From the NCBI GenBank assembly GCA_951406725.2, contig OX597823.1:66030001-66094000 (forward strand): 64,000 nucleotides of DNA, read 5' to 3'. Under the pieces are notes generated by a model. That model was not told where the DNA came from. It did not search any database and saw nothing but the letters and a program-made list of their open reading frames with translations. Shown piece by piece: positions 26,480 to 39,881 of this stretch (position 1 is the first letter of the stretch; each line of letters starts with the position of its first letter). The translations under genes were made by a program, and so were the position numbers. Origin of the DNA: Octopus vulgaris (Eukaryota).

Positions 26480-27033
26480 ATGCCCTGATTCAGTACCAGG
26501 CAGTGAATTTCATGGCTTCTCTTAACTGACTGGAAGTGCTATCATGTACATTGTTTTGTCTTGGTATAAAATATGGGATACAGCAAATATTCTGATAAAT
26601 ACACACAGATTTGCTCGTTAGTTGTTTGACCATAACCAGTTGAGCATGTCTCTTAGTGGCTGATGATATGCTCACCTCTAATCACGAGCAGAAGTAGTGG
26701 GAGAGCATCATAGCCATGTGTTGAGAGGAATTCTTTGGAGTTTGAATAATTCACCTCTGAAAACATAGGTGTTTCTTTTAACATCCTTAAACAACCCTTA
26801 TTCACTGACCTTTTGGGGTGGATGGGCTACTTGACCTGAAGAAATTTCTAACTGGACCCCACTTGCAAGATCATTCGCTGTTAATCTTGATATGAGATCA
26901 ACACCTCGCACACATATGGTTGTAATGCATGTGCCGGGTGTACCCTTATCTTACGGTTAGTCATGATGTTTATACTGGGCTTCGTACATTTTACCCCAGT
27001 GTAACTTTGATTGCACGTACTGCTCTCTCACTC
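26480..27033. mobile_element. Unclassified ~550-bp insertion bounded by (TAA)n tracts
   Basis: Complex, more GC-rich sequence with sharp boundaries at AATAATAAAA|TGCCCTG and CTCTCACTC|AATAATAAT. No credible ORF. Confidence 0.55.
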
Positions 27034-27454
27034 AATAATAATAATAATAATAATAATAATAATCGGATGGACGTGTTCTTCGCTGCCCTAACCTGCCAGT
27101 AGCTGAAGACACAGGAACACTAGTACAACCCAGCAGGACAACTCTCAAAGACTGGACTACCTACAATTTCCCGTGAGAATTTTGAATTTTCCTCACAATA
27201 AGTTAAGAAATATACATTCCTACAGTTTTCGAACACATAAACGATCAGCTTTAAAATCTCTAATATCTACATCTTCTGTGAATACCTATCCTTTCCTTTC
27301 TCCCTGAGTATTCAAACACTACAGTTTTTTCTATTCGGACAAACAGAATATCATCTCCAGTAAATTTTCAAACCTTAATATCTACAATTCTCTGTGAAAA
27401 TTTTGCCTTTCTTTCCTTTCTCCCTGAGCATTCGAAAATGTAAATATTGTTTTA

Positions 27455-29000
27455 ATTGCAATATTTATATTTAGCGAAGGTAAACTTACACATGTGCAGG
27501 CAGGCTGTGTTTCTCTCTGCCCTCAAGTTAAGTTATGGGTGTTGTGCCGCTAGTATGAAGAATTTTTCATTGATGCAAAGGTAACATTTCTTATTTTTTA
27601 CATTGTTCGAAAGTGCGAAGGCGTGGATTTTCCAGTCTAAAGCGAATCTAATATCTTTATCTTTAAGTTTCCAAATATATTTACTCAATCTGTTCGAATT
27701 AATCTTATTTCTATTTCCGAAAGAGTGTTGGTATGCGGCTAGTCTTGGCTATAAGGGTTCTTGTTTTTCTTCTTACTATTACTGGTGTTGTTATTGTTAT
27801 TTCTATCTAAATAGAAAATTCTAGTTTTTTATTATTATTTTGGGAGGGAATGATGCTGGCTAAGTTATGCGTGAGACTATAACCTATCTTTAATACTCTA
27901 CTATTAATAAGATTCGAATACCTGCTATTCTTATCAAAGTGTTTATTTATAATGTCAAATATTAGCTTAGCTAAGTCGGTTTTTATTTGCATCGCATATA
28001 GATTGTGGAAGATTACTTTGATAGTTTATTTATTTTAAGTTAGATTTAGGTTTCATGTAAGTTGGTATAAATCTGTATTTAAATTGCAATTAATATCTAG
28101 GTAGTTGATAGAGTAATTTTCATTTTTTATAGTAAGAGAAACCGAGTTTATTAAAACATTTATACAGGCGTTTCTTAGGTAGTTCTAGGTCCCTATTAGA
28201 AGTGTTTCTAATTATAAAAAGTGCGTAATTCCTTTAGAGTATTAACCCCACCCAAAATTCAGGGAATTCCTTGTTGATGTTGTCTGATGGGTATATTCCC
28301 ACAAGGTCCGTCACCTCTGCTTAGTCTGATGACCCCACTTATGGCATAGACTACTCGCCTCACCTTTTACTTACTCGTTTATTTACTTCTACCCCGATAA
28401 CGGTCTTAGCTTGCTCTTGATTTTGAATTTAACTAACCAATTGTAGAGATGGCTGGAATTTAGTCAATTTCAATACGGACAACAGGTGGTTGGTCTTTAG
28501 AATATTTCAGTAAGTACACTATTATAACTACTTTACGGGCATGTTTTTGGATAAATATTAATTAGCTCCATTTATTAAATCATAAATAGAGCTAATTCTA
28601 GAGTTACTGGCGAATTTTGTTTTACTTAAGTACTATTTTTTTTTATTATTATTATTTACACAGCTTGGTACCCCAAAAGGCAATTAAACCACCAATTATT
28701 TTTCTAGGTTACTCATTTGCTCTTCCAATTCGAGCTTTACATTTCAAAATTGTATGATTCTAATTTATTAAACTTTTTTTCCTCATCCCGAGGCACAGTA
28801 CTTTCCCCTTCCCTCTTCTCTTCTTTTATTTATGTATTTATATTCAATGCGAGGAATCTCCATGTACTAGATCGGATATGTTATAAAGATGACGAATATT
28901 ATTCTAATAATTTTCTTCGGATGCACCGACCGATATTGGTTGTAAGTAATGTTAAAATTTTGAATTAAAAATACTTAACCAATGGTGGTCAATTTGTTGA
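27455..29000 (-). mobile_element. Penelope-like element remnant (RT plus GIY-YIG endonuclease)
   Basis: Minus-strand peptides GSSD*AEVTDLVGIY, SINYLDINCNLNTDLY, IKTDLAKLIFDIINKHF..LINSRVLKIGYS..NLASII and RLSKYIWKLKDKD..DWKI..CYLCINEKFFI..LNLRAE..CLH match PLE RT, thumb and GIY-YIG C-terminal motifs in order. Many stops and frameshifts. Confidence 0.88.
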
Positions 29001-29200
29001 TCAAAAGTTTTCTCCACTTTCTGCATATTTTAAATTTGATTCCTGATAAAGTCTTGTTTATTCTGTTATTACCTATATCCTATGAGCATAGTGTGCTTGC
29101 ATATCCATGCCTAGGGTTAACATAGGTAATTTATACTGGTAGTAATAGCGAATATTCTTATCCCTTAAACAGTTATTCCAACCGCTAACTCTAATTATCC

Positions 29201-29300
<100 letters not shown>

Positions 29301-29582
29301 TAGATGCATACAATCACGTATATATATATGCTGCTCCGTTAAGGTAAGGTCAGCAAAAACATGCTATCGCGCGAGATGAATATCATTTAATACATAGTGT
29401 ATTGACATATGTGCTAGTACCAGTTTCTTGCCATTAAGACACGCGTTTACGCAGCGTATATAACGTTCCTTGAGCGACAATTGCTGGAAAACACAAGGCA
29501 GGCTATAAAAATCTGCCTAACCACGTTTCTTAATGACCAAAATGTATTAGTGACTCTTCTTTTGAGACAGTGTATTTTGATG

Positions 29583-29638
<56 letters not shown>

Positions 29639-30228
29639 CTACTCTTATTCGAAATTGTCAGAATCTGATGAGGCAGCCCTTTTGTAATGACTTTGTAATC
29701 ATTACTATCAACCCCTGCTGTAGTTGAAGCTCTCAGATTTTGGTATTGTTGAGATTTAGCTACTATTTCTAGTAACTCCAGGTTGCTTGTTTTCTCTTTA
29801 AATGTGAAACTTGTTGTTGCATATTCCTTCCAATTCTTGTTTTTCATGAAGTCTTATCATAAAAAGCTTTCCAGACGTGACAAACAGTCTTCCATCAACA
29901 ATAATATTTAAGATGATCGAATGTGATTTCAGGGTGGTTGAATAATAGCTTTTCTTTGCCGAGTGAACACGCGGATTCCATTAGATTTACATCGTAGTGT
30001 GTCATTAATGTAGTATGCTGGTATTTTCTCGTGATTGCATTAGTTTCGTATCAGAAAATTTTTGCTTTTAAACAAATTACTGAAAAAATAGGTATATATT
30101 TACTCCTCTCGAATTTGGTGTATTATACGAATCAATCTTTAGAATATATGACTGGAAAGATTTTCTCTCTCAACTGCAACCACACAGAGTAAACGATCAT
30201 GGCGTCACCAATAACTTATTTCAGCCTG

Positions 30229-30343
30229 GTATCTATCGTATATTTACGTTACGCTTAATAATACATCACTCCATTTACATTGGCTGTCTGTATCTATTGT
30301 ATATTTACGTTACTCTTTATAATGCATCACTACATTTACGTTG
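30229..30343. repeat. Two-copy tandem duplication, 61-bp period
   Basis: GTATCTAT.GTATATTTACGTTAC...ATAAT.CATCACT.CATTTAC.TTG at 30229 and 30290. Confidence 0.85.
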
Positions 30344-32431
30344 CAAGTCATAAATACAAATACTAGAATAGAGAAAGATATACCCATGAACACACGATCA
30401 TACCCACACAGACACGCACAAACGTATGCTTCTATACGGAAGGCCGCTCACCATTTCAATCCTACTCCCAAATGGTTAAACTATAGTGTAATGCTGAAGT
30501 CGGTCGGCAAGTGTCGATAAGGCAGTGAAAATAACATTGAACCCGCAACTATTTTCCTCCATACTGAACAAATCGATCACATATCTCTGTAAGCTATCAT
30601 GTATCTTGGCATTTTAAAATGTCTCCGTGTATAGGAATTTAACAGCAAAATCATTGGCATCGAGACAATTATAAACAAGAAACAATATTTATTGATTAGA
30701 GCGTTAAAAAGTTAAATTAAATAAACTATAATTAGTAATTTCTTCTATACTCGCATTAATGCCTTTATTACTGTGTGGCATTGTGTATTGTGTATTGGAG
30801 ACTTAGAAACTTGTAATGTTATTTTAGTACACAATTTGTAATATGTCCAATTAGTTGTAATTTAGAATTATATATACCAGAGAATCTCTAGAGGTATATA
30901 TTAAATTTTTAGAAATGTTTACGCGACGAGATAATTGTCGTCGCTAAAAGAGAATTAACGTAAATAATTCATACCAGGAATTGATTTTGTTGAAGGAAAA
31001 ATACTAAATAAGTAGTTTCGCTGATAGACATAGTGTATTGACTATCAACTTAGTCTATCTATATTGTAATAATACAATTGTAGGTTTATGCAATACATTC
31101 GTTAGGATAAAATCTTGAATCACGTGTTTTCTGTTGTTACATTCCTAGACTTTTGAAACAGTACAGGTTCTGACAATTCCTGTTGCAGAAGTAGTTTTAA
31201 ATTTTCGAATTGGCCCTGATCGCGCATTCCTAAAGCACGTATGTAAATTGTGAAACTTCTGTTTATGACTTAAATACCTATTAATCTAGACACAAATACC
31301 TAATATCGAAGTGTATTATACTAGCAGGAGGTAAAGCAAAATTCAAAATACTCTTAGATAAATGAGTTACTGTGCGCGTTGTTTGTGGCAGGGTGGAAAA
31401 AGAATTTTCCACTCCTGTACTGTTCATTGTTGTATAAGAGGAACTTCAACTAATCATCAAAGCACATCGGAGCAATCTCGATAACAGTAATCCACACCAT
31501 TTTGTCGTTCAGGGTGCACGTATCTCTGCTGAGTAATATAATCTTGTGAGGCTATTCACTTGGGAGTTAAAGTATCTAAATCTGCGTTGTGCTTTAGTAA
31601 CTATAATGTTTTGTGATGCAGTAGATGTAATTTGTTATTTGCGTTGATCTATTGTGTAATATAACGACCATTTGTGAATACCAGCTTCATTTTATTGTTT
31701 GCATTAATTGTTAGTAGCTGTGAAGGGATTTATTGCATATGGTATATGGTCTGTAGCATATGGTATATTTTCTTTGTATCAGTGAAATGTGATCTCTACA
31801 AAATCTTTTATTATCTCTATGTACCTTTTTGCTTTTTCGTTTCATTTTCAATACGTAGATTGAATGTTTGAGACAATGCATAGTATTATGGAATCCTGCA
31901 TTGTTTTTTATTATGCGTTTAATGTCATTTGTGTTAAAAATAATTTCTATTTATTTTTCCTTGTGCATGCTAATCAGGAGGAAAATTGTAGAATTCATTG
32001 GCTGCTACTTTTCGTCTGTTTGGAATGTGAATCATTTATAATCGATATATGTTTGTAGTTATTTCCCAGCTTTATATTACATGTGGTTTGAGTTAAATGT
32101 GATGCAATCTGCTTACTATGTTTCATTGTAAGTGTGTGTCGCTAAACTGATTACGCAAATTATTTGTAGACTTGACAACATGAGAATAAATAGCCCAAGC
32201 TTTTGTTAGGTCTCTGAGATCAAATAGCTGAAGATATCTTTTAGATACACACAGCTCATCATGTTAAAAAATATACTCACATATTTATATAGAGATGGGA
32301 GGGATTAACTCCCTTGCATATACTATACGGGCACAAACTGTGTATCGGTAGCCAAATGGAAAAAGATGTTTTCCTGGGGCTAAATAACAGTAATATAGTC
32401 CATATGTAAACTGTCACATATACTTTATTAT

Positions 32432-32467
<36 letters not shown>

Positions 32468-32569
32468 CAGTGATGTTCCAGCATGGTTGCAGTCTAATGA
32501 CTGAAACAAGGGGCGTATATATATGTATATATATATATATATATTATACATATATGTATGCTTGTATAC

Positions 32570-32623
<54 letters not shown>

Positions 32624-32624
32624 A

Positions 32625-33037
32625 GGCGGAAGTGTGGTTGTGTAGTACGAAGATTAGTTTTCAGCCAGATGGTTCCAGGTTCAGTCCCACTGCGTGGCAT
32701 CTTAGGCACGTTTCTTCTACTATATCATTGGGCCGATCAAACCCTTGTGAGTGAATTTCGTCTAGGGAATCGGAAAGAACCCTGTCGTATATGAATATGT
32801 ATACACACATATATATGTGTGTTTCTGTGAGTGTACATGTGTGCGTATATGTGGGTCATTTTGACTTAGTACTATACGCGAGTACTCCCTTGACAACCAG
32901 TATCGGTGTGCTCAAGTCCACGTATCATAGCGGTTCGTCAAAACAGCCCGATAGAATAAGTATCAGGCTTAATATAATGTAAGCACTGGTACGGTTCATT
33001 GAACTTAAATTTCTTCAAGGTGCTGAAACAAATAAAT
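32625..33037 (+). mobile_element. tRNA-derived SINE family A, diverged
   Basis: ATGGTTCCAGGTTCAGTCCCACTGCGTGGCA head, central block and TAGCGGTTCG..CCGATAGAATAAGTA. An isolated family-A tail also lies at ~32468-32509. Confidence 0.85.
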
Positions 33038-33296
33038 GGTACAAAACACACACACATCGTAGATATATTTGCACACTCTTTTATATGGCGGTATACATAC
33101 AGCGTTTGTGAAATTCTGGGATATGTTTCTATGTTTTTCTTTTTGCGTCAAAGGTCAATTGCTCTGGTTGGGTGCACACATCTTGTCAATTTTTATGGAC
33201 ATTTGCTATCTTTTGTGTGTTTCTTCATCTCTTATTCTCTTCCTGTGTTCAATATGAAGATTGAAGGTTTTAACGAGTGGTTTTCTGAACAAGGCC

Positions 33297-33353
<57 letters not shown>

Positions 33354-33355
33354 TT

Positions 33356-33407
<52 letters not shown>

Positions 33408-33488
33408 TGTTGTTTTAGTAGTAGTAGTAGTAGTAGCAGCAGGAGCTGCAGCAGTAATAGAAGTAGTAGTAGTTTGTTGTTGTTTTAA

Positions 33489-33521
<33 letters not shown>

Positions 33522-33721
33522 CAGCAGGAGCAGCAGCAGTAATAGTAGTAGTAGTAGTAATAGTAGTAGTAGTAGTAGTAGTTGTAGTGGTAGTAGCAAT
33601 AGCAGCAGCTGATGTCGTCGTCGTCGTCGTCGTCGTTGTTGTTGTAGTTATTGTCATTGTGGTTGTGGTTATGATAGCAGCGGAAATTATATAGGTATGT
33701 ATTATTGTTGTTGTTGTTGTT

Positions 33722-33754
<33 letters not shown>
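33297..33754. repeat. Compound trinucleotide microsatellite (AGT)n/(GTT)n/(GCA)n/(GTC)n
   Basis: Direct read. Translates as poly-Thr on the minus strand. Confidence 0.95.
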
Positions 33755-34768
33755 ACTGCGACAGTGACAGCATCACGTGCAGCTGTAGAAGTAGTCAACT
33801 CAGTCCATGTGGTTGACTGTGTTTTAGTTAAATCTATGGCTTTAAGTCTCTCCAGAGTTGCCTCTCTTCGGTATTTACCATTGATAATGACTAAAGCACT
33901 AGAAACACGCCTGGATATCAACCAGGTGGCACAACACCGGACAGATATGATGTTTTTACACAGTCTACCATGAGAGAGACGTTTTCACCTATGGTAACTG
34001 TAGTGAATTTGCGATAAGAATTTGAAATATGTCGTAAGCATATTTTGAATAACCCAAATCCCGCTTGTATATATATAGTAGAAGCGCATCAGTCTATGAT
34101 ATAGCAGTAAAGGAGATATATATGTGTATAGTCACATCCAACACGTTCTTGTGCAGTCAGGTGTGAGATTATATTCCATTATAGAAGTAGTCACTTGAGA
34201 AATGCTTTCACACACATTGTCGCTCATGATACTTTCCTCGGGAGACTATTTCAGTAGCAAATGTACTTCTCACGCCCAGATGTATAGGAATGAGTTAAAT
34301 TTGATTATACATATCTATATTATGCTTTTCATCGCTATTTCATTCGGCTCCTTTTAATAAATCCAAGTTTGATCAAACTGTGCGCACATCCACAACTGAT
34401 CAACCGCAACTAGACTTTTATTAGCGATCGAGCGATCCAGTAGCGGGTGAAGCATAGCAAGGTAAAAATACAAATGCTCTACTGACCCTAACATTTTTAC
34501 ATAAATAATGTTTAAGAAGAGAATGTATTCATGAAACTATCTCAGTAGCGAAAAATTACCCACGTCTAAGTGTACACTAACGTATTGAATACCATTTGAC
34601 ACACCCAAAGACACACATACATTTGCGTGTGGGTGTGTGGGTGTGTTTGTGTCTGTGTGTGTGAAGGGAGAGATTGATTGACGGGAAGAAATATATATAT
34701 GTATATGTATATGCCATGATAGATCGTTAGCTCCTACACGCATTTTTTCTCTCCTTGTTTTTTTCTTT

Positions 34769-34810
34769 GTATCTTTCTGTCGAAGAGCGTAGGCTCGAAA
34801 AGTAAAATAC
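34769..34810 (+). ncRNA. Degenerate minimal hammerhead motif within a ~185-bp element (~34722-34908) ending in (TA)n
   Basis: UUU-CUGUCGA-A-GAGC GUAG GCUC-GAAA AGU-A-AAA. Same layout as the 62495 motif, but A6 and the ACGU palindrome are mutated. Confidence 0.55.
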
Positions 34811-34906
34811 TCTTTCTATTTCTATTCCTGAGCGCTATACTAATACATTTGTTTGTTTGTACTTCACTTGCCTTCCTCTTTTGTTTATTTTCGTAAACCT
34901 TCCCGT

Positions 34907-34982
<76 letters not shown>

Positions 34983-35831
34983 GGGAGAGAGAGGGAGTGA
35001 GAGAGAAGACAGGTAGACAGACAGATAAATAAGCTTCAATATTATACTCATCACATGATTTATCTCAGAATTTATTGAATTATTTTTGTACGCCTGAAAA
35101 TTATTATGTAATGAAATCACTCACGGATCCAAAATAAGAAATTGCGCGTGTTTGCAAAATGAAATTTCCTTTTCCTTATTGAAAATGACTTTAAGGATAA
35201 CAACTGGCTAATTTAGCAAAGAAAATTGTATAAAATTCATTTCTAAACATTCACTCATCTTAATATAATCAAAATTAAAAATTCATTAGCATTAATAATT
35301 ATTGATAGGAGTTTCAGGCGTTTATTATTATCTTTATTTTTTGTTGTTGTTGTTGGTTCGCGGCCATGAACTAAACGATCAATTAAGAACATGCAAATTA
35401 ATGATTTCTAATTAGACTCGTAGCAAACTGGCGAAAGCCGAAAACAGGGAAGTCAAATGAAATTTCACCCCTACCACTACTGTTATGATTTATAGATCTT
35501 CGTAAAGTAGGAAAGGCAACATTGATTCTGGCAAGGTTGACGTTCTAACTAGGATGTAAATAGCAATAAAATATTACAATGCAAATTGTGAAATGTTCTG
35601 ACATCTCAGAAAATTGCACCACTTAATTAGTGTTAATATGAAGAAAATCGATGTTACCTGAAAGGTTAGAGAAATTACAAGAAACCCTTATAATAGGATT
35701 TTTTGTTTGTTTGTTAATTAATAGTTTCATTCACTAACGATGACTATGCTCAATTCAATCCCTCACGACGGATACCTCGTTCAAGGCTGTCCCATTGCTT
35801 ATATCTCATCCATTTTGCTTCAGTTTGCATA

Positions 35832-35960
35832 AACCGTTAAACCTTGCCTTTCATCCTTTCAATGTTGATAAAATAAATACCAGTTGAACACTGAGATCGA
35901 TGTAATCTACTTATCCCCTCACCCGAACTTTCTGGTTTTGTACTAAAATTTGAAGCCAAT
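35832..35960 (+). mobile_element. SINE-like family C, 3' fragment
   Basis: CTTGCCTTTCATCCTTTC..GATAAAATAAATACCAGTTGA.CACTG..ATCGATGTAATC. Related fragments at ~38870-39070 (minus) and ~39500-39666 (plus). Confidence 0.6.
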
Positions 35961-36239
35961 ATGCATATATGCATATATACATATATATATATTTGTTGTG
36001 TGGACGCCCCCAGACGATGAAGTAGGTTAGCCCAATATGTATAGTGGGAGAAGCCTAGACGTCAGAGTTCAGACTAGAAGAGAGTAGAGTAGCGGTCAAC
36101 GTAGCAGTCGGAGGAGTAGAAGGTATCCGAACGTGCGACATAACAATATTGTTATATTTCGAGGTGGCCATTTTTTGGCCAAATAAACACACGCGTTCTT
36201 TATCTCACATTTATTATTTTTGTTAGTTTATAGCCCTTT

Positions 36240-36287
36240 GTCTGAAAATCTTTCGTTATAACACATCTTGTGACCTCTTCAACAACT
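36240..36287 (-). ncRNA. Highly degenerate hammerhead-like motif in a ~320-bp element (~35991-36310)
   Basis: Minus strand: UUG-UUGAAGA-GGUCACAA..UUAUAAC-GAAA-GAUUU-U-CAG. C3 is mutated and the helices are imperfect. Confidence 0.35.
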
Positions 36288-36436
36288 CCCCATTTCACGT
36301 TGTGTGCGTGTCTTTTCCTGTTCTGTTTAGTTCATTCTTATGTATATAAACTTAGATATGGTTCGACCAATGATTGGTCCAGGCCATGTCTAACTTAATA
36401 GCACTACCTGATAGGATTATTTGAATCCTGTTTAAG

Positions 36437-37603
36437 TCAAGTTTTGTTTATGGTCCATTGAAGTAGTGAGTATTTGTTGGGTGAGTTGTATCCAAATATG
36501 GGTGGCTTATCTGGTATTCCTTGAAGGAATCTATCCAGACTCCGTTTAAAGTTGATGGGATCCTGTTCCTCTTTGATCTCTTTCGGGACAATGTTAAATA
36601 GGGCAGGGCCTGTTGAGGAAAAGAAATTATGTTGTAGTGTACATGTATGCTGTGATCTTGAATTGGGCAGGGGACGTATGGCCCGTGGTCCCAGTCTTGG
36701 ATGAACCTTGAAGCTAATGTTCAGGTCGTTTGGGCAAAGTTGGCAGTATATTCTCCACATCGTACAAATGATGTACCGCTCACGGCGACGCTGGAGAGAG
36801 TAGAGTTTTAAGGCTTTAAGGCGATCCCAATAATCGAGAGCAGCCATGCCTTCAATTCGTTTAGTGAGTGCTCTCTGGGGTGATTCAATCCTCGAGATGT
36901 TTTGTCTTGTATAGTGAGACCACAGTGGGCAGCAGTATTCGAGGTGTGGCCGTACAATGGAGGAGAAAAGTGGTATGATGACACCTTGTTCTGTGGACCG
37001 GAAAGTTCTTAAGATCCAGGAACTCATCCTACGAGCTATATCGACCTTCTTGTTGATGTGTGCACTCCAACTGAGATCGTCATCAACAATTACATCCAGG
37101 TCTCTGATATTGTTAGAAGGTCTGAGCGGTTCCCCTGAAGGAAGAGAGTATGGCTGTTTTAGTGAGGAATTTCTTCCAAAATGCATCAGCTCAAATTTTC
37201 CCTCATTCAGTTGTATTTTGTTTCTGTCTGCCCATTGACTCACAGCATATAGATCAGACTGGAGTTGAGTTCGGTCTGCTTCTTCATTGATGATTTGCTG
37301 GAGCTTAGTGTCATCAGCAAATATTTTCACTTTGCAGTAATGTACAACACTGGAAAGGTCGTTTATGTAGATTATGAAGAGTAGCGGACCCAAGACAGTC
37401 CCCTGGGGGACACCGCTGGTAACTTTTGTTGGGCTTGAGTGGACTCCATCAACTACAACATGTTGTGTTCTATTCGCCAGGAAATACTTGATCCAGTGTA
37501 GAACTTTTCCACGGATTCTAACATTTGCCATATTATGGTCTACCCTGTCGAACGCTTTACTGAAGTCAAGATATATGACGTCAGAGTTCGAACCTGTTCC
37601 CAA
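36437..37603 (-). pseudogene. LINE reverse transcriptase, C-terminal part
   Basis: DVIYLDFSKAFDRVDH, SGVPQGTVLGPLLFIIYINDL, IFADDTKL, RPHLEYCCPLWS, LYSLQRRRER. A short deletion is apparent after VDH. Confidence 0.93.
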
Positions 37604-37619
37604 GGCTTTGAGTACATCT

Positions 37620-38336
37620 TCAATGTGGTATAAAAAAGAGCTGTGTTAGACAGTCCCTGCCACAGCGAAAGCCATGCTGATTTGCATTTAGGAGTTTGTG
37701 GGTCTCCAGGAAGTCAGCTATCCTTGATCTTAACACTCTTTCAAACACTTTGATGATGTGGGAGGTGAGTGAGATTGGGCGATAGTTGAGTGCGAGGGAT
37801 CTGTTTCCCTGTTTGAAAACCGGGATGACTGACTGGGATAGACACTGTTTCGGTATATAACCTGCGTCTAAGGAATTTCTCCAGAGGTTGGTCAGAGGGA
37901 CTGCAAGTTGGTGTCTACATTCCTTCAGGAGACTAGCGGGGAATATATCAGGGCCTACAGCAGAATAGTATTTAACCTCATTTATTGCTGCTATGATGTC
38001 AGTGGCAGTAAAGGTTATGTCTGAGATTTTATGTTGAGAGTCAACTTCGTTTGCTTCTCTTACGTCAATATCAGTGGGAACACTAAAGACAGAGCAGTAT
38101 TGTTTCTGCAGTATTTCTGCCATTTTTTTAGCATCGTGTTGGGGAATGCCGTTATCATCAATCAATGGCCCAATGGGTGAGACAGTGGTTCTATGCTTAT
38201 TTGCATAAGAATAGAACACTTTTGGGTTCTGTTTGATGTTTTTGATTACCCACTGTTCCTCCAGAGCTCTTTGATTTTCAATGGAGGTTTTCATGTCGTT
38301 CTGTAGATGAAGTTTTTTCAGCTCTAGCCTTTTCAT
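37620..38336 (-). pseudogene. LINE ORF2 tether and RT N-terminal part
   Basis: IKQNPKVFYSY, AEILQKQYCSVF, VGPDIFPA, VIPVFKQG..NYRPISLTSHIIKVFER, QHGFR..RDCLTQL. Frameshifts into the 36437-37603 frame. Confidence 0.92.
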
Positions 38337-38387
38337 TGTTGTTGAATGTGGATGTTGTATGTGGGAATATTTTAATTGGTTGATTTT

Positions 38388-38420
<33 letters not shown>

Positions 38421-38869
38421 CCATGTATGTATTTATGTATGTAAGTAAGTATTTTTGCATGCATGAGTCCTTGTTGCAGCCTATTTCAGGTTTAAAACAT
38501 TGTTATTGCTGATACCTTGAGAGTTACCCATTTACGATTTTAAGTTTTATTCAAAACTAGTATTTATAAGCTTCTTAATATAATTACATGTTTTCGTTCT
38601 TACTTTTTGAAGAAAGGAAACGTTGTGGCAATCTTATGGTTACGGCTCGTTTTAGCAGTCAGTAACTTCCATCGGAATGTTTATTATAATGTTTGACCTT
38701 TACATTCCGCAACTGATAACTATTATTAGCTTATTAATACAATAATGTGTGAGTGTGTTGTTGACAGCTTTGCAGTATGCTATTAACGACACTTTAATTT
38801 CTAATATTCCTTTTTTTTTTTTGAGAATTATAGGATGTTTACTCTGGTTTTCCGTATTACAAATAATGT

Positions 38870-39070
38870 GACTCAACTTTATAAATGCACAACGCCAGAA
38901 TATTTTGAAGGGAGATGAGTAATCAATTACATCGACTACAATACCTTACTGATTTTATAGTTGATCAGAGGGATAAAAAGAAAATAGTACTCCATCGAGA
39001 TTTGAATTCAGAACGTAACGAGCAAGGGATTTTGTCCAATACACTAACGATTCCAGCAGTCTACCAACCT
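38870..39070 (-). mobile_element. SINE-like family C, diverged
   Basis: Reverse complement shares GTTCTGAATTCAAAT and GTCGATGTAATTGA blocks with the 39500 and 35832 copies. Confidence 0.5.
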
Positions 39071-39499
39071 TTTTTCTAAAATTGACACAGGGTATGAAAT
39101 TCAATGTTTGTTTAGAATAAGCGATACCCTACCCCTGTAATTTATGTTATGAATTACGATAATATAACTATTATACACACATACATACAGTTATGTATAA
39201 AGAATGTATGCGTGTACGCGCATGTGAGGCTGTGTCTGTGAGCGTGTGAAGATGCGTCTGTGAGTGCGTGTGTGTATACGTGCGTGTCTATATGTATAGC
39301 CGTCCTGAAATCACCAATAATTCAAACTATCTTTTACTTAATTGATTTTGACGAATTGTTCATTCTTGGTGTTATCTCACATTGCTATTTCCATTCAATC
39401 TTGGTTTCTACCAGCTGATTGATTTACCGTCTCTAAAAGCAGAGATCATTTCAATATATCAAAAATTGAATCTGTACGCAATTAAATATTTAATATACC

Positions 39500-39666
39500 T
39501 AAAACGGCGGACCGGACAAAAAAAACCTTAGTGGTATTTCGTTCGTTTAAGGTTCTGCGTTTAGATACTGCCGAGGTCGATGTTAACGTTTGAACTCTAG
39601 GATCGATGTAATTGACTGATACATTCGCCTGAAATTACAAGCTTCGCGCTAAAGTTTTAAATCAAT
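39500..39666 (+). mobile_element. SINE-like family C, diverged and deleted
   Basis: GTTCTGCGTTTAGATACTGCCGAGGTCGA..GATCGATGTAATTGACT. Confidence 0.5.
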
Positions 39667-39713
39667 ATAACTTTATAACGTTTGTTGTCTTTTTTAAGTT
39701 GTTTTGTGTTATC

Positions 39714-39858
<145 letters not shown>

Positions 39859-39881
39859 GTATGTATGTATATATACATGTA

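Larger units (their letters stand above)
36351..38393 (-). mobile_element. CR1-group LINE, 5'-truncated, frameshifted ORF2
   Basis: RT motifs across two frames, a short 3' UTR after the stop at 36437, and a 5' end abutting (TA)n. Confidence 0.93.

Noticed and set aside
27315-27360. Minus-strand GAUGA-UAUUC..GAAUA-GAAA downstream of the PLE remnant
   Set aside because: C3 and U4 are both wrong and there is no convincing helix I or III. Too degenerate to call.
29412-29442. Minus-strand hairpin plus GAAACUGGUA, resembling the 3' half of a hammerhead
   Set aside because: The CUGANGA half and helix I partner are absent, so it is at most a truncated relic. The CTGATGA at ~29665 also has no GAAA partner.
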